From a virus (Duplodnaviria; Heunggongvirae; Uroviricota; Caudoviricetes): a DNA stretch of 8,641 bases. The stretch lies in the IMG/VR virus record IMGVR_UViG_2671180299_000012; one strand, given 5' to 3'. The notes under the pieces were generated by a model. That model had not been told where the DNA came from. It saw only the letters and a program-made list of their open reading frames with translations, and searched no databases. The position numbers were made by a program, and so were the translations under genes. Shown here piece after piece: positions 5,077 to 8,641 of the stretch. Each line of letters opens with the position of its first letter. Positions within the stretch are counted from its first letter, which is position 1.

Positions 5077-5526
5077 CCCGAGCGGGGGGGGTATCATCCG
5101 GCGTAAAAAACGATCGCTCCGGACACCGCGCCCCCTCTCACGCAGAGAAAAAATTCCCGTTTCAGGGCAGTTAACATGTTAACTGGCTGCCCGGGCATTT
5201 TTGCGGTTTTTATCTTTATTATTCAGTTTGTTGTGCGGAAAAAATGTTAACTGGCTTTTTCAGCAAATGTTAACCAGGCAGCAGTTAACATTTGCGGCAT
5301 GAGACGCCGGGAAAAATGGGCTGAACCATACCCGGCTGAGTGCGTTCTGGACCCGGGAGGAGGCTGTGCTGACAACGCAAAAACGAAAATTTGCGCTGGC
5401 GCTCATGTCCGGGAAAAACAAAACAGCGTCAGCCATTGCCGCTGGTTATTCGGCGAAGACCGCCAGGGTTAAAGGCTCGCAGCTGGCAAAAGATCCGGAG
5501 GTGCTTGCGTTTATAGCCCGTAAACA
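5008..5526. repeat. Tandem direct repeat, copy 2 (~519 bp)
   Basis: See copy 1. The offset between copies is 525 bp before the indel and 523 bp after it. Copy 2 runs directly into the remainder of the full-length terS. Confidence 0.9.
5168..5291. promoter_or_regulatory. Putative cos / terminase-recognition region (copy 2)
   Basis: Same 18-bp palindrome (5168-5185) and ATGTTAAC motifs (5244-5251, 5267-5274; inverted 5284-5291) as copy 1. All motif cores are identical between copies; the substitutions fall between them. Confidence 0.4.
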
Positions 5527-5929
5527 GTGCGAGACGGTGGAGGTGGATGAGGTTCCTGTTTACCGGCAGAAAAAATCAGAGCAGGAGGATAAACCCCGTC
5601 GCCGTGAGGCGGCTGCAATACCACAGCCGGACGAAAACAATCCGGAGATGCCACCGTCCGCGGTGATGTCTCCTGGTATTGAATATATGGAGGATGGTCT
5701 TCCCGATCCGGTGAAAGCCATGGGGCGGATCCTGGTGGAAAACCTCTGCATTGATCCGAAACTGGCACTGGATGCGGCCTGGCGTCTGGCGCAGTTCACG
5801 CACCATAAAAAAGGGGATACCGGGAAAAAATCGGCAAAAGGTGATGCCGCGAAAAAAGCGGCTAACCGTTTTGCGGTGCCACCGCCACCCCGACTGGTGG
5901 TGAATAACGATAATGAGGAAAGCGGATGA
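5366..5929 (+). CDS. Terminase small subunit (Terminase_2-type)
   Basis: 187-aa ORF with a GTG start and GGGAGGAGG RBS. The N-terminus LTTQKRKFALALMSGKNKTASAIAAGYSAKTARVKGSQLAKDPEV matches the conserved HTH DNA-binding region of small terminases. Its stop overlaps the terL start (ATGA at 5926-5929), indicating translational coupling. Confidence 0.85.
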   Translation: MLTTQKRKFALALMSGKNKTASAIAAGYSAKTARVKGSQLAKDPEVLAFIARKQCETVEVDEVPVYRQKKSEQEDKPRRREAAAIPQPDENNPEMPPSAVMSPGIEYMEDGLPDPVKAMGRILVENLCIDPKLALDAAWRLAQFTHHKKGDTGKKSAKGDAAKKAANRFAVPPPPRLVVNNDNEESG

Positions 5930-7587
5930 TACCTGTATGGAGCACAGCCTGCCCGGACTGGGCAGAGCGCCTGAAAAAGGGGCTGTCGATTATTCCGGAT
6001 CCGATTTATCCGGACGAGGCCGCACATGCCCTGGCGATTTTTAAACAACTGCGGATTGTGGATGCACCTGGTAGCCCGACGTTCGGGGAGTCCTGTGCAC
6101 CGTGGGTGTTTGACCTGGTGGCGGCCCTGTTTGGCTCCTACGATGCGCAGACCGGTGTACGCCATATCAAGGAAGTTTTTATCCTTATCCCCAAGAAAAA
6201 CTCGAAGTCCACGCTGGCCGCGGGGATCATGATGACGGCGCTGTTACTGAACTGGCGGCAGGCGGCGGGTTACACGATTCTGGCCCCGACTGTGGAGGTG
6301 GCGGCCAACGCCTTCAACCCTGCCCGGGATATGGTACGACGTGACGATGATCTGGATGACCTCTGCCAGGTACAGACCCATATCCGGACCATCACCCACA
6401 GGGTGACAGACACCACCCTGAAGGTGGTGGCAGCCGATCCGAATACGGTGTCCGGTATCAAGTCCGTGGGTACGCTGATTGATGAGTTGTGGCTGTTTGG
6501 CAAGCAGTGCAAGGCGGAGGACATGTTACGTGAAGCCATAGGCGGCCTTGCCTCCCGCCCGGAAGGGTTTGTGGTGTATACGACCACCCAGTCGAATGAA
6601 CCGCCCGCCGGGGTATTCAGACAGAAACTGCAGTACGCCCGGGATGTGCGCGACGGCAAAATTCATGATCCGCACTTTCTGCCGGTGATATTTGAATACC
6701 CTCCTGAAATGGTGGAAAGCGGGGCTCACCTGCTGATGGAAAACCTCGCCATGGTCAATCCGAATCTCGGCTATTCAGTGGATGAGGCCTTTCTGTACCG
6801 GGAGTACCGTAAAGCCCGGGAAGCCGGTGAAGAGACATTCCGGGGGTTCATGTCAAAACACGCCAATGTGGAAATTGGTCTTGCCCTGCGCTCTGACCGC
6901 TGGGCGGGGGCTGATTTCTGGGAAGAGCAGGGCCGTTGTATCAGCCTGGACGATATCCTGCGTCGTGCTGATGTGGTGACGGTGGGGATTGACGGCGGAG
7001 GGCTGGATGATCTGCTGGGGATGTATGTGATTGGGCGTGACCGGGAGACCCGCGAATGGCTGGGCTGGGGCCATGCCTGGGCGCATGAAACCGCGGTGGT
7101 CCGACGGAAGAGCGAGGCGTCCCGGTTTCAGGATCTTGTTGCCTGTGGAGATATGACCATTGTCCGGCGTGTCGGGGATGACACGGCGGAAGTGGCGGAA
7201 TATGTGCGTCGCATTCATGAGGCTGAGTTACTGGACCATATCGGTATTGACCCGTCAGGGGTGGGGCAGATTCTGGATTCACTGGCGGAAGCCGGGATCC
7301 CCGACGGAATTGTGGTGGGGATAAGCCAGGGCTGGAAACTGGGCGGGGCCATTAAAACCACCGAGCGCAAACTGGCTGAAGGGGTGCTGGTGCATGGTGA
7401 CCAGCCCCTGATGGCCTGGTGTGTCGGCAATGCCCGGGTGGAGCCTAAAGGTAACGCCATTCTTATCACCAAACAGGCCAGTGGACGGGGAAAAATTGAC
7501 CCGCTGATGGCGCTGTTCAATGCGGTCTCCCTGATGTCCCTTAACCCGGAACCGAAAAAGAAAGAATATGCGGTTTTTTTCATATAA
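5926..7587 (+). CDS. Terminase large subunit (HK97-like Terminase_1 family)
   Basis: 553-aa ORF with a deviant Walker A-like PKKNSKST, a Walker B-like LIDELW, and nuclease-domain acidic motifs (VTVGIDGGGLDDLLG, GIDPSG, KIDPLMALFNA). Its size and position right after terS fit a large terminase. Confidence 0.9.
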   Translation: MIPVWSTACPDWAERLKKGLSIIPDPIYPDEAAHALAIFKQLRIVDAPGSPTFGESCAPWVFDLVAALFGSYDAQTGVRHIKEVFILIPKKNSKSTLAAGIMMTALLLNWRQAAGYTILAPTVEVAANAFNPARDMVRRDDDLDDLCQVQTHIRTITHRVTDTTLKVVAADPNTVSGIKSVGTLIDELWLFGKQCKAEDMLREAIGGLASRPEGFVVYTTTQSNEPPAGVFRQKLQYARDVRDGKIHDPHFLPVIFEYPPEMVESGAHLLMENLAMVNPNLGYSVDEAFLYREYRKAREAGEETFRGFMSKHANVEIGLALRSDRWAGADFWEEQGRCISLDDILRRADVVTVGIDGGGLDDLLGMYVIGRDRETREWLGWGHAWAHETAVVRRKSEASRFQDLVACGDMTIVRRVGDDTAEVAEYVRRIHEAELLDHIGIDPSGVGQILDSLAEAGIPDGIVVGISQGWKLGGAIKTTERKLAEGVLVHGDQPLMAWCVGNARVEPKGNAILITKQASGRGKIDPLMALFNAVSLMSLNPEPKKKEYAVFFI

Positions 7588-7612
7588 CCCTGTTCACACT
7601 GTAACCATCACG

Positions 7613-7637
7613 AACCGCTCCGGCGGTTTTTTTATTT
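7613..7637 (+). terminator. Weak terminator-like hairpin between terL and the protease gene
   Basis: ACCGC-tccg-GCGGT stem followed by TTTTTTTATTTT at 7627-7638. The stem is short; function is uncertain. Confidence 0.3.
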
Positions 7638-7650
7638 TCAGGAGGCTGAT

Positions 7651-8641
7651 GTGACTCTTAAACGGGCCTGTTCCCTGCTGACGGTGAAATCCTTCAGTGA
7701 GGATGAACGGGTGATCACCGGGATTGCGTCAACACCTTCTCCGGATCGGGATGGTGACATCCTGGAGCCGGAGGGCGCGGAGTTTGGCAGTGCGATCCCG
7801 TTTCTCTGGCAGCATGACCATTCCCGCCCGGTGGGGCAGTGTACGGTACGCCGGGTCAGCGAAGGGCTGGAAATCACGGCAACACTGGTGAAGCCCGTAC
7901 CGGATATGCCGTCGCAACTGGCTGCCCGGCTGGATGAGGTCTGGGCGGCCATTAAGACCGGGCTGGTCAGGGGGCTGTCCGTGGGCTTCCGTCCCCATGA
8001 ATACACCTTTCTGGACGGAGGCGGACTGCATTTTCTGCGCTGGGAACTGATGGAGGTGTCTGCCGTCACCGTGCCCGCGAATGCGGAATGCACCATCCGG
8101 ACCATTAAATCTTACGACCGCCCGTTTTCTGCCGCGTCCGGCAACCGGAAACCGGTGGTGAAAATCGCATCTTCTGCCGGCGCTGCGGCACAGTCAACAA
8201 CCGTTTTTCATAAGGAAAAGACCATAATGAATATTGGCGAACAGATTAAAAGTTTTGAAAACAAGCGTGCAGCGCTGGCAGCCTCCCTTGAGGAGGTCAT
8301 GACCAAAGCCGCAGAGGAAGGGCGCACGCTGGATGTGGAGGAGGAAGAGCATTACGACAACACCGCAGCGGAAATCCGTCAGGTGGATGCGCACCTGAAG
8401 CGTCTGCGTGAACTGGAAGCCGGTAAGGCCGCCACGGCGCAGCCGGTGAAACAGGCCGGTAACGGGAATGTGGCCGCGGTGGCTTCTGCGCCGGTGATCC
8501 GTGTGGAGCAGAAACTGGATAAGGGGATTGGCTTCGCCCGCTTTGCCAAATCGCTGGCTGCGGCTAAAGGCGTCCGATCTGAAGCCCTGGAAGTGGCCCG
8601 TCGTCAGTATCCGGATGACAGTCGTCTGCATCATGTCCTGA
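7651..8641 (+). CDS. HK97-family prohead protease continuing in frame into the major capsid protein N-terminal delta domain (3-prime end outside the window)
   Basis: GTG start at 7651 with AGGAGG 5 nt upstream. Frame 1 stays open to the end of the window, which is why it is missing from the ORF track. Residues ~1-150 carry prohead-protease motifs (ITGIASTPSPDRDGDILEP, FLWQHDHSRPVGQ, LSVGFRP, WELMEVSAVTVPANAEC). After a Ser/Ala-rich linker, an internal ATG at 8227 (AAGGA RBS 10 nt upstream) begins a coiled-coil sequence (MNIGEQIKSFENKRAALAASLEEVMTKAAEEGRTLDVEEEEHY...) typical of HK97-like capsid delta/scaffold domains. Confidence 0.75.
   Translation, partial: MTLKRACSLLTVKSFSEDERVITGIASTPSPDRDGDILEPEGAEFGSAIPFLWQHDHSRPVGQCTVRRVSEGLEITATLVKPVPDMPSQLAARLDEVWAAIKTGLVRGLSVGFRPHEYTFLDGGGLHFLRWELMEVSAVTVPANAECTIRTIKSYDRPFSAASGNRKPVVKIASSAGAAAQSTTVFHKEKTIMNIGEQIKSFENKRAALAASLEEVMTKAAEEGRTLDVEEEEHYDNTAAEIRQVDAHLKRLRELEAGKAATAQPVKQAGNGNVAAVASAPVIRVEQKLDKGIGFARFAKSLAAAKGVRSEALEVARRQYPDDSRLHHVL

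Noticed and set aside
4483-5526. Possible CRISPR array or terminal-repeat assembly artefact
   Set aside because: There are only two long (~520 bp) repeat units, they contain coding sequence and there are no short spacer-repeat alternations, so this is not CRISPR. The copies differ at ~13 positions, so it is not a simple collapsed identical terminal repeat, although an assembly error cannot be fully excluded without reads.
7649-7654. ATG at 7649 as the protease start
   Set aside because: It is followed immediately by TGA in that frame. The GTG at 7651 with an AGGAGG RBS opens the long frame.
5560-8634. Multiple long minus-strand ORFs (5560..6165, 6270..6659, 6526..6729, 6853..7218, 6941..7282, 7215..7583, 7638..8105, 7729..8031, 8194..8634)
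   Set aside because: They lie antisense within the well-supported terS, terL and protease/capsid genes, have Arg/Pro/Ser-rich low-complexity translations and lack RBSs. They are shadow ORFs of GC-rich coding sequence.

Overview
This window is the late-region core of a lambdoid/HK97-like temperate phage or prophage of an enterobacterial host, with almost every gene on the + strand. In order: the 3-prime end of a DUF968/NinG-like nin-region gene, rusA, a Q-like antiterminator candidate, two ORFs of unknown function in the Q-to-lysis cargo slot, a SAR-type endolysin, a strong intrinsic terminator, a tiny single-TM peptide ORF, nested Rz/Rz1 spanins, a lipoprotein with a TonB C-terminal domain, a minus-strand Arc-like RHH regulator, an HNH endonuclease, a cos-like region, terS, terL, and a prohead protease that reads in frame into the major capsid protein N-terminus. 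Three things stand out. (1) A ~523-bp tandem duplication with ~2.5% divergence copies the HNH 3-prime tail, the cos-like intergenic region and the first 161 bp of terS, giving two cos-like sites and an intact 77-aa terS-N-terminal/HNH-tail chimeric ORF. (2) The lysis cassette has a SAR endolysin and spanins but no recognisable holin; the holin position holds a soluble 135-aa unknown protein. (3) A lipoprotein carrying only a TonB C-terminal domain sits between the lysis and packaging modules and is a plausible superinfection-exclusion or decoy factor. All protein-family assignments are from my reading of the translations, not from database searches. No tRNA, rRNA, CRISPR array or transposase was seen.
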